The notes beneath the pieces are model-generated. The model saw only the letters and a program-made list of their open reading frames with translations, had not been told where the DNA came from and did no database searches. From IMG/VR virus record IMGVR_UViG_3300045988_158900: a stretch of DNA of 37,614 nt. The stretch is one strand, 5' to 3'. Within the stretch, counting starts at the first letter, position 1, and every line of letters starts with the position of its first letter. The translations under genes and the position numbers were made by a program. Below, one piece after another: positions 1 through 11,093 of this stretch. This stretch comes from a virus.

Positions 1-325
1 AAGCCAATTTTACAAATGCTTGCTATCCCGTTACTCCCGCATCTAATAAATTTTTAGATAATTTAGTTACATCTGTCTAAGCTCTATTTAAACTTGCATT
101 AAGTTTACTTAAATCATAATTGCCAGTAGCTGTATTATAAGCTTCATTTAAATGAAATGCTAACTATCTGGCCGCCTCAGAAGCTTTTTGCATCTATTCT
201 GGTTTAAGCCCTAAATCAGTACTATATGAAAGTTTAGTTAATAATTGTTGTAATTCTTGAATAGACTATTTTGCTTGAGTAGTATTTGCAGTAAAATCTA
301 ATGCAACATTTAATTGTTTTGCCAT
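1..325 (-). CDS. Structural protein, N-terminal portion only (gene runs off the window start). Possibly the tail tape-measure protein. TAG-recoded.
   Basis: ATG at 325-323 on the minus strand follows a GGAG RBS. The frame stays open to position 1 only if about 5 in-frame TAG codons are read as sense. The product is Q/A/L/N-rich and repetitive, and sits where a tape-measure gene is expected after the tail genes. Confidence 0.4.
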
Positions 326-354
326 AAACGGGACTCCTTTCTCTCATAATATAA

Positions 355-393
355 ACAAAAAAAATGGGTGTGAGAAATAATCTTCTCACACCC
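355..393 (-). terminator. Intrinsic terminator of the upstream minus-strand gene
   Basis: Hairpin GGGTGTGAGAA..TTCTCACACCC at 366-393, followed on the minus strand by a T-run (plus-strand A-run 355-364). Confidence 0.6.
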
Positions 394-440
394 ATACACT
401 TGATTATTCCTATTTAATTTTAAAAAATTAAATAGTTTAA

Positions 441-965
441 TTATCCCAACTTGGTCAAAACATCTTTTAGTAATCCTAATGTTTCAGGATTCTGAATATC
501 ATTAGTTAATTGTTCCATATCAAATGTTGTATCTTTATAATCGGTTGAAATAATATCTAAAATACCTGCTGCAGAATTTTTATACTCATAAATTGAATGA
601 ATAGTTTCTGCTACCCAACTTTTAATTTGAGCATATTCTCCTGGATTAATTTCTCCAAATACTTTAGCGGAAAAACCAGACCCTACTACCAAATCATATA
701 ATTTCTTTGGGTCTTCTTTTTGCTTGTCAGTAAAACTTACATTTGTATATGCCATAATCATTTTTAAAATCGTATGAAGATATACACGAGCAGGATTATA
801 ATAACCATTTTTATCAATAGAATCATTAATAATTTCTGAAATAAGATTTAACTTATCTCCAATAGGAAGATAATCCTTGACCTCAATAATCTAATCTTCC
901 CATTCAAAAGTTGATACTTCTGTATTTTTACTTAAATTTAACTTTGAAAATGCTACTTTTGCCAT
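441..965 (-). CDS. Hypothetical tail-region protein, 174 aa, with 1 in-frame TAG
   Basis: RBS AAGGAGGG lies 6 nt before ATG at 965. The track ORF 441..761 extends upstream in the same frame through a single TAG. Stop is TAA at 441. Confidence 0.55.
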
Positions 966-1008
966 TTCAAAACCCTCCTTTTACACTTATTTATATTATA
1001 CTAAAAAT

Positions 1009-2043
1009 TTAGTTTATTGTCAAGTTGCCTTTTGAATTATAATAAACCCCAACTGTTGATATTTTTGAAGAAATAGACTCATTTGAATTTTTCATCATAA
1101 CTTCAATAATTTTTTTCGTACTTCTAACAATTACTTTTTCTTTCTCTCTATTATTAATAATTAAAAATTTTGGAACTTCTGTCATGCCTACAATTCCGCT
1201 AGAATTAACTTGTAAATCACCTGCACCCACTAAAGCATTAATTTTTATCATATGCGTTAAATGAATTAAAAAAATATTTTCCTAATCTTTTTCTAAATAA
1301 TATTTATACATATGAATAATTCCTTTGGGAGTGTATCGTTTATCCCGATTAGTTAAATATTGCACCATACTAGCATAAGCCTATACTGGAATAACATTTC
1401 CTAAATGAACTGGGAATTTATAATAATTTTTCGCTGTAAATGAAGCAGATAATATTTTAACTATTTTACTATTTATTTCTCCTTCTAAATTTATAGACAT
1501 AGTTAAATTATTCCAATTAACATCCGTTTTTAACTACTTAGGTACTGTTGGTTTCATTGTATCCTCTACTGCTGATTTATATATTTTATTTTTAGAAAAA
1601 CGAATTTTTTTATCAGTATTTTTATAAAAATTTTTAACTAATTCATCAGGAAGAGCAACTATTCGCTAATCCTACCCTGTAATTGTTTGATTTTGAAATA
1701 ATGTTAAATCATTTATACTATTTGGGTCCACTATCATCTAACCTACAATATCTATCAAATTCTCTAATAATACTCCTGTTTCATTCTAATTTTTACCCGA
1801 TAAAGAAGATAAGTCTCCTAAAAAGGGAAAACGTTTCTATAACTAAGACTATAAAAATAATCTACTTTCTTCATTAAAAAATTCTAATAATACTTGTGTA
1901 AAAATATTATCAGTATTTATTTTTTCTTTTTTATCATAAATTAAATAATTAAATAAATCTTCTAACGCTTCAGCAATTTTTTCATCTTCTGTTGAATTTG
2001 AAAATTTATTTAAAATTGTATTATGCAATGTATTAATATCCAT
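1009..2043 (-). CDS. Hypothetical tail protein (assembly/chaperone region), about 344 aa, with about 12 in-frame TAG
   Basis: Track ORFs 1849..2043 and 1009..1251 are in the same frame (coordinate mod 3 = 1). Hand translation of 1252-1848 shows no TAA or TGA, only TAG. RBS AGGAGAAG precedes ATG at 2043. Stop is TAA at 1009. Confidence 0.5.
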
Positions 2044-2061
2044 TTAGAATTTCTTCTCCTA

Positions 2062-2100
2062 AAATAAAAAAAATGGGAAGAGGAATAAATCCTCTCCCCA
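2062..2100 (-). terminator. Intrinsic terminator after the major-tail-protein gene
   Basis: Minus-strand hairpin GGGGAGAGGATTTATTCCTCTTCCC followed by a T8 run. Confidence 0.6.
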
Positions 2101-2118
2101 TAAAAATTTTTAATTAAA

Positions 2119-3195
2119 TTACCAATTATAACTATCATGAGATTTCTGGTGAACTGTACTATGACGATGTAAATCCTCATTATCCAAATACTCAATTACT
2201 TGAATTGCAGCCAAAACTTTCTTACTATGATCGAAACGAGTATAATCAGGGAATGCATCTAAGGTGAAAGTAAATGTACTTGGGTCACCAGAAGAAGCCA
2301 TAGTAAAGGTGAAGTTGGACTGAATCTTGCAGTTAGGAATAATGAACTCAGCAGGCATGTCTACACCGTTAGTATCACGGAATAGAGTAGAAGCCTCAAG
2401 ATAATAATTACCACCAAACTTATCAGCAGTAATTTCCATTTGAGTAGCACCAGACTTGCGCTCAGTGTAGTAATCAACTAATACAGAATCGAACTTTAAG
2501 CGATCTGGTAGAGTAACTACATCATAAGCAGTATCGCCGCTTTCACTTTCATATTTATGTCCTTTATTCTGCTCATCCTCATAAGAAGCCAAACCAACAT
2601 ACATTTTATGATCCATAACAGCTACACGATAATAAGTCTTACCATCTACATCAATTACAGTTTCGGGCATAGCCTCACTATCAATAGCAGTATCATCACC
2701 CTCATGAACAGGAATGTAAGGTTCAGTAGTGATTTCGCCATTCTTCATAAACATTACATAAGCGAAGTTATCACCAGCATTAGCAGGTAGATAAGGCTTA
2801 TTTTCAGTATAAACAGCAAATTTAAATCCAGTAGCATCAAATCTGAAACGTAAAGAATCGCTTGCATCAACAGTTTCAGTTACATGTTGATAAATTGGCT
2901 TATCCTTATTAGCAGCAATTAAACCAGCGCCAGAAAGAATCATAAATCCTTCAGGAGAAATTAAAGCATCCTCCATAGTAAAGGTTAGAGTTCTTTCACC
3001 TTCCCATGCTACCAAACGAGAGTTACCACGACCACCTTGTGCATATACAGTGGTAGCAGCACCTTCTAAGCTAGAAGTTTTTAGGGTGTCAAAATAAATA
3101 ACAGGTTCACCAGCATAGAATACCTTATTACCGATTTTCTGGGCTGACTTAGCCTTTAGTACAACATCACAAATTTCGCGGACACCGAATTTCAT
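2119..3195 (-). CDS. Major tail (tube) protein candidate, 358 aa, with no internal TAG
   Basis: Complete ORF in the track. Strong RBS AAGGAGGAAATAACACT-ATG. It lies between the neck genes and the tail-assembly genes and is followed by a terminator, consistent with a highly expressed tail tube gene. Assignment is by position and size only. Confidence 0.4.
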   Translation of the reverse strand: MKFGVREICDVVLKAKSAQKIGNKVFYAGEPVIYFDTLKTSSLEGAATTVYAQGGRGNSRLVAWEGERTLTFTMEDALISPEGFMILSGAGLIAANKDKPIYQHVTETVDASDSLRFRFDATGFKFAVYTENKPYLPANAGDNFAYVMFMKNGEITTEPYIPVHEGDDTAIDSEAMPETVIDVDGKTYYRVAVMDHKMYVGLASYEDEQNKGHKYESESGDTAYDVVTLPDRLKFDSVLVDYYTERKSGATQMEITADKFGGNYYLEASTLFRDTNGVDMPAEFIIPNCKIQSNFTFTMASSGDPSTFTFTLDAFPDYTRFDHSKKVLAAIQVIEYLDNEDLHRHSTVHQKSHDSYNW

Positions 3196-3222
3196 AGTGT
3201 TATTTCCTCCTTGTATTTTTAA

Positions 3223-3951
3223 TTAATGAATGTTTTTCATCCAATTATCCGGGGTCCCTTCAGGTTTACCGCCAGCTAAACGCTAGCGCACATCCAGGTC
3301 CCAAGCAGTATATAGCGTATATCTCTCCATTAAATCATATAATTGGAACATTGTCAGATTTGTCAAATCCTATAATGACATTGAACCTAATCCAATAGTC
3401 AAGATTGACATATACTAACTAAAAACACTTACATTCGAATTACCGTTTTGAGCGGCAACTCGCTGTCTCCCTCGCATTAGCTTTTGAGCAATCTCACGAG
3501 CCTTATCGTTGGCAGGATTGAAAGCCTACTAATCCATCGGGCCATTATGCATACAAAAGATTAAACGCAACACTTCTTGTAATGCTTCAAAATTATTTCC
3601 ATCTACAATAATAGGAGGAACACCTTCCTTTATAAATAATAATGAGTTTGGTGTCACATTTATTTTATATAATGGAAATAATAAATTTAAAACATTTAAA
3701 ATGTTAGCTTTTTTATCCTTTGTTTCATCCTATAACATTATCGTCATAAATATCTAAAAATTATTGATACTGTCTAGAATAGTTTTGTCCTCTATAAACA
3801 TTGTTTTATGCAAACAGAGGGTCTATGCTCCAATAAAAAAATCAGATTCCCCAATAAATGAAATTTCTTTTATCCTTGGTTGATGAGCGACTAAATTACA
3901 TTCAGGAATCAACATATCAGTTCCGCAAATTAAATTTAAGCGGTAATCCAT
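3223..3951 (-). CDS. Head-tail joining/neck region protein, about 242 aa, with about 8 in-frame TAG (including a TAG-TAG pair)
   Basis: Hand translation from the ATG overlapping the upstream TAA (TAATGG at 3951) down to TAA at 3223 is protein-like only with TAG read as sense. Confidence 0.4.
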
Positions 3952-4553
3952 TATTTACTAATATAGTCCTTAAATTCTTTAATAAATTGTTCCTCTTTAA
4001 TTTTGCCGCTATTTTTATCAGGATAAGTTGGCATATATTTTTCATCTTCACCGCCATGAACAGTGCGATACATCAAACATAACCCAGCAAATTCATCGGT
4101 TAAAACAATCTAAGTAGCACCCATAAATTCCAAATAACCAATGCCAGTTAATTTTTTCAAATTAAACATTGAATCAATTTCTCCAGCAATTTTATATGGG
4201 CGTAATGCATAATCTCTTAAATTCCATTGGTCAAAATGACATACAATATGAAATTGAATAGTGTTATCTCTAAACTCTGGATTTTCACTGGGAGTAAAAT
4301 TATCAAAATTAATTAATATATAATTTAAAACAGAACCATCAACATATAATTTAGGCACTATTTTAATATTAGTTCCTAGTAAACTTAAAGACTAATCTTC
4401 AGTAAGATTAGGCTTTTCCATAGCATCACTAGTAGTATAATATAATAATTTTTTTAAACGATTATTTTTTAATATTTCATTAACAATAATCCCAGTATCT
4501 TTCTCCATAGATAGAAAACTTGATTTTGGAATATGATATCCATCTATTCTCAT
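3951..4553 (-). CDS. Hypothetical neck/tail-terminator region protein, 200 aa, with 2 in-frame TAG
   Basis: RBS AAAAGGAG precedes ATG at 4553. Track ORF 4110..4358 is an internal fragment in the same frame. Stop is TAA at 3951. Confidence 0.5.
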
Positions 4554-4575
4554 GTTTTCAATCTCCTTTTACTCA

Positions 4576-5730
4576 TTAGAACAATGATTCTACTACTATA
4601 GTTTTTCGGCTAGTCCCATATACTAAATCAAACTAACCACTATAAGTAGAGTCCCATTTAAGTTTAATTGTTGAAAATCCTTTATCATTAGTCCCTTCAC
4701 TAATAATTCGAACAGGGACATCATTGCCTTCAATTTTCCAAGTTCCTCGAACATTTTTAATATTTAAATTAAAATCATATTCTTTTTTAGGCTTAATAAA
4801 GGTTTCACCAACTATATTTAAAATTTTATTATTATCTTTGTTATTATCTATAATTTTACGTTTTAATATTGGATCTGGTATTTTAAATACATCAGCTAAT
4901 CCTGTATCTCGGTCATCTGTAAATTCATTAGCATAATATTCAACAGCGTTTACTTCAATAACGCCAGTCATACTAATATTATTTACAGCTTCAACTCTCC
5001 AACAGGTATCATAAACTGAACCATCTTCCGGCCAAATATAAAACTTCTAATAACGTTTAAAAAATTTCAAAGTTTTTTCATTTTTAGGAATTAATAAATT
5101 TAAAGAATAATTTGGATTATCTATACTAATAGTATGTTTTTGAATATAATCAATTTTAGTTTCTACTGGACCTCGGTTAGCCACATAAACTACATTTAAT
5201 TCATCATCCATCATAAATGGAATTTGATAAGTACATCTACGAACGTCTCCACGGAAATAAGCTAATTCATCTAAATCCTATAGATAAATTAACCAATAAG
5301 TTCCAGTATTACACCATTCAAATACATCTCCACAATTAAATTTATGTTCAAATCCAATTGAAATAACTTTATCATCATAATCCTATTTTAATTTATTAGG
5401 ATTCATTAATGCTCGAACAGGAGGTAAAATATTTTTTTCTTTTTTAGTTTCTACCTCTGTAGCCGCACATTTACGCACCCAAGCTGCCTAATAAGAATAT
5501 TTAGTAGCTTGGTCTAACGAATGTCGTTTATCTTTGATCATTCGCTACTGTTGGGCAAAACCACCCGCACTCATTAATCTTTTGGCCATATCTAAACTAC
5601 CATCAACTGAATCTGGCTAAGGAATTTTTATACTTGTATCACCTAAACGGGCCCCTACGAGATTTACACTTTTATTAGTATTTAAACCATAAGGCAATAA
5701 TTTTTCCATTTTTTCTGGACGCTTTGGCAT
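4576..5730 (-). CDS. Hypothetical structural protein, about 384 aa, with about 8 in-frame TAG
   Basis: ATG at 5730 overlaps the upstream TAA by 1 nt. Track ORF 4633..4971 is an internal fragment in the same frame. Stop is TAA at 4576. Confidence 0.5.
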
Positions 5731-5990
5731 TACTTTTTAATCTCCTATAATAAACTAATGCATTCGAATACAGTTTTTCTATAAATTGAAAACTCAATAT
5801 CATTTAAAACATTTAGTCCTTCTAATTTACTAAGCAACTATAAAAATCGCGGGTCCTAAATAAAAATTTCATTTAAGCCCGCAATTTCAATAATAACTGT
5901 ATTTAATTGTTTATCCCAATCTTCTTCATTTTCTCTCATAGGGATTAATTTCCACAGTTGATTAGTTAGTCTTACTATATTTTTCTCCAT
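5730..5990 (-). CDS. Small head-tail connector-like protein, 86 aa, with 3 in-frame TAG
   Basis: ATG at 5990. Continuous protein-like translation down to TAA at 5730 if TAG is read as sense. Confidence 0.4.
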
Positions 5991-6018
5991 GACTTCATCA
6001 GAAATATCTGTATGGTAT

Positions 6019-6606
6019 TTAGTTATCATAAGGATAATTCTTATAATGAAATACGCCCCAATTGGATTCGTATTTCCCTTCTACTAATTTACGACGTTTA
6101 TATAAACGTTGCATATGAAATGATTGTCTCTAACATTCACTTAATAAAGACATCAATTTTTGTAAATGATTAGCCTATGAAGTCATTTTAAAATCTGAAC
6201 CACTATATTTCATACGAGTGTGTTCAATAGAAGTGACTTGGCGTTGTACCCAATTCACCATCATCAATATAGCTAAAATATTAATTTCCTCCGGTGTTAA
6301 TTCAGCTCCAAAAGATGAATGTTCTACCATTACACGAGGAGGGCGGATTTCTGATTCTTCATCTTTTTCATCTTCCCACAAAAGACCAATTACAAAATCA
6401 TCTTCTAATATTTCATTTTCATATTTAATTTCCTAATCAATAGTATAGTCATAAATATCAAATCTAGGAAATTCAAATTCAGGTAAAATATTTAGAAGTA
6501 TTGCACGTAAATCTTTAATTGTATCTTCTGGAGTTAATTCAATATAAAGGTCATCAGTAATTTTCCCAAGGAAGCGATTATAAATATCAGTGAATTTAGT
6601 TCCCAT
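6019..6606 (-). CDS. Hypothetical acidic protein, 195 aa, with 4 in-frame TAG
   Basis: RBS GGAGG precedes ATG at 6606. Track ORF 6175..6381 is an internal fragment in the same frame. Stop is TAA at 6019. Confidence 0.5.
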
Positions 6607-6627
6607 GATACGCCTCCTATTTATTTA

Positions 6628-7215
6628 TTATTCAGCAGATTTAGTTTCAGTTTGCTTTACTACTTTGTAAGCATTTTCAGATGTACGACGTCCTGCGGGA
6701 GCAGATTCTGTAACACGTCTTTTAGCTGGTTTATCTGCGATAGTTTCCTTTTTATCATCTTCTTTACTAGCGCGGTCATTTTCAATAGCCTTATCTACGT
6801 CAAAACCAGTTTTAGCTTTTAGAGCTTCACGCTTAGCCATATCAGTAATGGGTAATTGAACAGACATAGTTTTAATCAAATCAATAACTCCAATAGGAGC
6901 AAAATCAAGAGCATCTAAAAATGCATCAATAGAACCACTAAGAATTAAATCACGCACTTGCTCTTCTGACATATTATATTCAGGCTCACGATGGACATTT
7001 AAATCATCAGTAACTTCATTTTCCATAATCTGTAAGAAATTAGCAATTAACTCACGACCGCCAGGTTGGTAAGTCAATTTTTCTAGCTCCCCAAATGGAA
7101 TGCGCTTCACCTCACCGGGCGCCCATTCGCGTCTCAAATTACTCTCAGGAATTCTATATACAACAACACTAGTACTTCTATTTTTTACATTAAACATATC
7201 TTCAGAACGAATCAT
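6628..7215 (-). CDS. Hypothetical head-associated protein, 195 aa
   Basis: Complete track ORF. RBS AAAGGAGATAATAA-ATG. It lies directly downstream of the capsid gene. Confidence 0.55.
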   Translation of the reverse strand: MIRSEDMFNVKNRSTSVVVYRIPESNLRREWAPGEVKRIPFGELEKLTYQPGGRELIANFLQIMENEVTDDLNVHREPEYNMSEEQVRDLILSGSIDAFLDALDFAPIGVIDLIKTMSVQLPITDMAKREALKAKTGFDVDKAIENDRASKEDDKKETIADKPAKRRVTESAPAGRRTSENAYKVVKQTETKSAE

Positions 7216-7236
7216 TTTATTATCTCCTTTTTCTCT

Positions 7237-7275
7237 AAAAAAAATAAGGGGAGAGGGAGTAAATCCCTTCTCCCC
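7237..7275 (-). terminator. Intrinsic terminator after the capsid gene
   Basis: Minus-strand hairpin GGGGAGAAGGGATTTACTCCCTCTCCCC followed by a T8 run. Confidence 0.6.
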
Positions 7276-7303
7276 TTAAATGAAATCTATATTAAGGTTT
7301 AAA

Positions 7304-8410
7304 TCAAATTTGTCCACTTAGACGTCCATCATAGGTAACAACCTTACCAGTTACACCATCATAGTTCCAAGTATACATCTGACCCATTAATGAAGTATCA
7401 ACATAAGAGCAAATGTTGTTAGCCAACATACAACCAACGCCGACCTTCTTATAAACCTGAATCTCACGAGAACGATCGTAATTGTTGAATTCATCAACAA
7501 TAGTTCCACCCTCGAAAGCAATCTTTACAGGCTTGCCATCAACACCAGTAGGAATAATCCAAGCGTAGCCAGGATCAATAACCTTACGAGTATTACTTTC
7601 ATCTTCGAAGCCCTGCTCTAAAATAACAACCTTGGTTCCCTTATAGGTAGCCAAACGGCCAGTATTCCACAACTCAGTCTTCATAGCTTCAGTATAACGC
7701 CAAGCTTCATTAGGAATCATACGAACAGCAAATTCATAAGTACAATAAATAGTAGGAGTACCATAAGCAGAAGCAATAGTAATCAAACGATCCATAGCAC
7801 CTTCATCAAAACCTGCTGCAGCAACACGGTTAGCAGGAGGTAGCTGATTGATAGAAGACTTCAAAGCCAAAGCAACTTCCTTGTAAATCAGTTCATCCAT
7901 ACCATCCATAATAATCTTGATAACTTCAGCAAAATCAACACGACCATCTAAGAACTCTTCGAAGCCGATTTGAGCAGCTCCACCGATAGCAGAGGTACGA
8001 ACCTCGAAGCTCTCGCTCTCAGCAGGTCCCAGCTTGAAGACTTCATAGATACCAGCCAGTCCAACACGAGTCACAAACTGCTTAGCACGTGCGCGTGTAT
8101 TCAGAGGACGACGGAAAATGGGCTTATCACCCTGAGCAAACTGCTTAACTTCAGCAAACTGCTCATAAGATTGAGAAACCTTCTTAGGAAGAACTTCATC
8201 CAAAGTCTCCTCAATCATTGAGAAAATTAAATTTTTATTTTCACGATATAGAGCATTAGTACCAGCTAGCTCATTCATCTCATTACGTAAAGTATCGTTC
8301 AAAGCCTCATAAGAAAGGTTCTGACCATTATAACTGTAAGCCACAGGAGAAGAAGGAACAGCCTTAGCAACAGTCTTCATTAAAGCAACTAAATTGTTTC
8401 TATCTAACAT
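7304..8410 (-). CDS. Major capsid protein candidate, 368 aa
   Basis: Complete track ORF with RBS GAAAGGAGAGAAGAATA-ATG. Size, position after the scaffold/decoration genes and the following strong terminator fit a major capsid protein. No motif-level proof. Confidence 0.45.
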   Translation of the reverse strand: MLDRNNLVALMKTVAKAVPSSPVAYSYNGQNLSYEALNDTLRNEMNELAGTNALYRENKNLIFSMIEETLDEVLPKKVSQSYEQFAEVKQFAQGDKPIFRRPLNTRARAKQFVTRVGLAGIYEVFKLGPAESESFEVRTSAIGGAAQIGFEEFLDGRVDFAEVIKIIMDGMDELIYKEVALALKSSINQLPPANRVAAAGFDEGAMDRLITIASAYGTPTIYCTYEFAVRMIPNEAWRYTEAMKTELWNTGRLATYKGTKVVILEQGFEDESNTRKVIDPGYAWIIPTGVDGKPVKIAFEGGTIVDEFNNYDRSREIQVYKKVGVGCMLANNICSYVDTSLMGQMYTWNYDGVTGKVVTYDGRLSGQI

Positions 8411-8427
8411 TATTCTTCTCTCCTTTC

Positions 8428-9363
8428 TTACGCAATACGTAGAATCTTAGCGCCACGTTGTCCATCAGGCATAGTATATACCTTAACAACCTGCCACTTC
8501 ATATCCTGACTCTCATCTTTTACAAGAATTCCGTCAGCAGCTGCTGGAGCTAAAATATCACCAACAGAAACACTATCTTCATTAATCATATTAGTAGTAT
8601 AATGATCACCAACATTAGTCTTGAAGACACGAGGAACCATTGCAGTACCTGGAGTCATGCGCTTCTCATGATAAACACCAAGCTTCTTATATGGATCATT
8701 AGTCCAAGTCAGCTCTTCGTAAATGTCAGCAACATCAGTTAGAACTTTATCATAAGCATACTTTACAGGCACAGGAGTCTTAGTCTGATTGGTCTTAGGA
8801 TCAATCTCATACTCTACACCATTATAAGTAAACTTATTGTCCTTAACATCATAAACTTCGCCAGCGATGGTAACAGTCTTTAGACCCTGGTCTAAGGCAA
8901 CAGTGTGCTCAAGCACCTTGTGATCAGCACCAGTTTCATCAACACCATTCCAGAAACGTCCACCATATTCAACCTCAGTATGCTCCCAATCATATGGAGA
9001 ATAAATACGAGCCTGATAGTCGTCCTTTAGCATAGCAAATTCGCAATCCCACTGCTTAGTTCCATCAGGATGATCACGATATAACTTAATCTCATTATAA
9101 ACTAGCATCCACTCACCCTTGCCAGTAAAATTCACTTCACCAATACCATTGGCATTAGCAGCATAATCATACTTGACAAACTGGCCGTTTTCAAGAATAT
9201 TAATATCCTTGTTAGCAGGCAACTGAGCATAAATTTGAGCGGTTCTTTGTGCAGACAGGTGATTTGGCTCAACCTGACCATAACCAAACTCAACATACTT
9301 AGCCTGTGACTTAGGTGGATTTTTACCAACGCCTAAATGAGAATTTAAAAAATCCTTAAACAT
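8428..9363 (-). CDS. Capsid-associated structural protein (decoration protein or alternative capsid candidate), 311 aa
   Basis: Complete track ORF with RBS AAGGAGGACATACTTAA-ATG, immediately downstream of the scaffold-like gene. Confidence 0.35.
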   Translation of the reverse strand: MFKDFLNSHLGVGKNPPKSQAKYVEFGYGQVEPNHLSAQRTAQIYAQLPANKDINILENGQFVKYDYAANANGIGEVNFTGKGEWMLVYNEIKLYRDHPDGTKQWDCEFAMLKDDYQARIYSPYDWEHTEVEYGGRFWNGVDETGADHKVLEHTVALDQGLKTVTIAGEVYDVKDNKFTYNGVEYEIDPKTNQTKTPVPVKYAYDKVLTDVADIYEELTWTNDPYKKLGVYHEKRMTPGTAMVPRVFKTNVGDHYTTNMINEDSVSVGDILAPAAADGILVKDESQDMKWQVVKVYTMPDGQRGAKILRIA

Positions 9364-9381
9364 TTAAGTATGTCCTCCTTA

Positions 9382-10971
9382 TTAGTTTTTATTGGCTGAT
9401 TCTAGAACAGCCTTGACCCAAGCTGGCATCCCAGCATCTCTGTCATCATCTAAATTGCTTAAATTATAGGTAGTTGGGCCTTTATCATTATTATCATCAT
9501 CAAGGTTAAAATTAACCTTGTTGCGAACACAAATAACAGAAAGCTTTGCTTCAATATCATCAACAGAATACTTATCAATGTTATCAATAACATCTTTCTT
9601 ATCATCATCAGACAGCATATAGAATGATTGAATCATAGCTTCTTTATCCTTACGTTCAATACTATTTTTAAACTCAGTTAAAGAAGTATTAGTTTCACTT
9701 AGAGTCTTATTTTCCGCCTCTAGCAAACTAAATTTATTCTGCAACTCTTCATACTCTGCCTTTAAGCTAACATATTCTTCAATTTCATCCAAGGAATACT
9801 TTTTCTTTTTCTTTTCATCCTTATCATCTTTTGAAGGATCGTCATCTTCATTTTCTGACTTTTGACCATTATTTTTAGAAGAACCATCATCTTTTTTGTT
9901 CTCAGGGTCGCCAAAATTATCGCCCTTATCATCGTTTGACTTTTTATTTTCTTCTTCTTCTTGCTTTTTCTTAAATTTGGTTTCATATGCTTCAACCGCA
10001 TCTAAAGCAAACTGAGGCTCTGCTGCTGGAGTATAAGATTTAGTCACTTCAATTAAACCTTCACCAGGAACAAGACCATCAGAATCACTCAAAGAGAAGT
10101 TTAAACGATAATATTTCATATCTCCGCGGTCTTGAAGAATAGCAAATTTTTGACTATTATCTTCAAAAACACCATCAATACGATATTTAGAGCAATAATT
10201 GTTAGAGCCATCAGGGAAAGCTTTATTTACATATTCCCATAAAGCACTCCATAGAGAATCTCCGATTTCTACGGCATATCTATTAAACACTTTTGCTCCT
10301 CCTTCTTTTAATAATTCTTTTAGTTCATTCATCATTGAGTATAGTTCATTTTTAAAACTATCATCAAATGAAAGAGAAAACTTTGTAATAGAGGAGCCTT
10401 CGAAGCAAGGTTCACACTCTTCTCCTAAAATACAAAGTTTAGAAATAATTGCTTCATTAATAATGAAAAACTACGGCTTTCCATTATTATCTTTCGTCCA
10501 AGTTCCATCTAAAGTGCCTTCATCGAGCTCCATAGAATGATTATTGCCTTGCTCAATGATGCGCTTACATTCTGGATATTGGCCGGTCCATAAATATCCT
10601 TCAGTCATAAGATATTCATGTTCATTAACGCCATCATCTAAAAATTTCTAAAACCAAACCTTGGCACCTAAATCTACAAAACCGTAAGGTTTAGTAGTGT
10701 CTTTCATTTCAAACTTTCCGTTTGAAATATCAATAATTCTATTGTGTTCCTCAAAATCTCCATTAGATTCATTGTAAAAACCAACAATAGGACTGCCAGG
10801 GAGACTATTAGCCATCTCCCTTGCAGTTTCTTTAGAAATAATGCTTCGATTGCGATTTGGTTCATCCCCAACGTAGCAAACTTTAATTTGGCATTTAGAA
10901 ATCAAAGGATTAATAGGAGTTACATTAATAAATTCACAAGGCGTTTCAAGTTTAATACTTTGATGCTTCAT
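9382..10971 (-). CDS. Prohead protease/scaffold-like fusion protein, about 529 aa, with 2 in-frame TAG
   Basis: Track ORFs 10648..10971 and 9382..10335 share a frame. Hand translation of 10336-10647 shows only TAG codons (at 10648 and 10471) and no TAA or TGA. The C-terminal 200 aa is a K/E/D-rich coiled-coil typical of scaffold proteins. The N-terminal domain is possibly a protease; this is a weak call. Confidence 0.45.
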
Positions 10972-11093
10972 GATTTACCTCCTTAATTCATTGACTCTTT
11001 ATTTTTTATGGTTTTTTCACTTTTCTAATCATCAGCCTTTTCAGGTCGCCCAGACTATTTTGTTTCAGTAGTCTGTTTTGTAGTAGTCTATTG

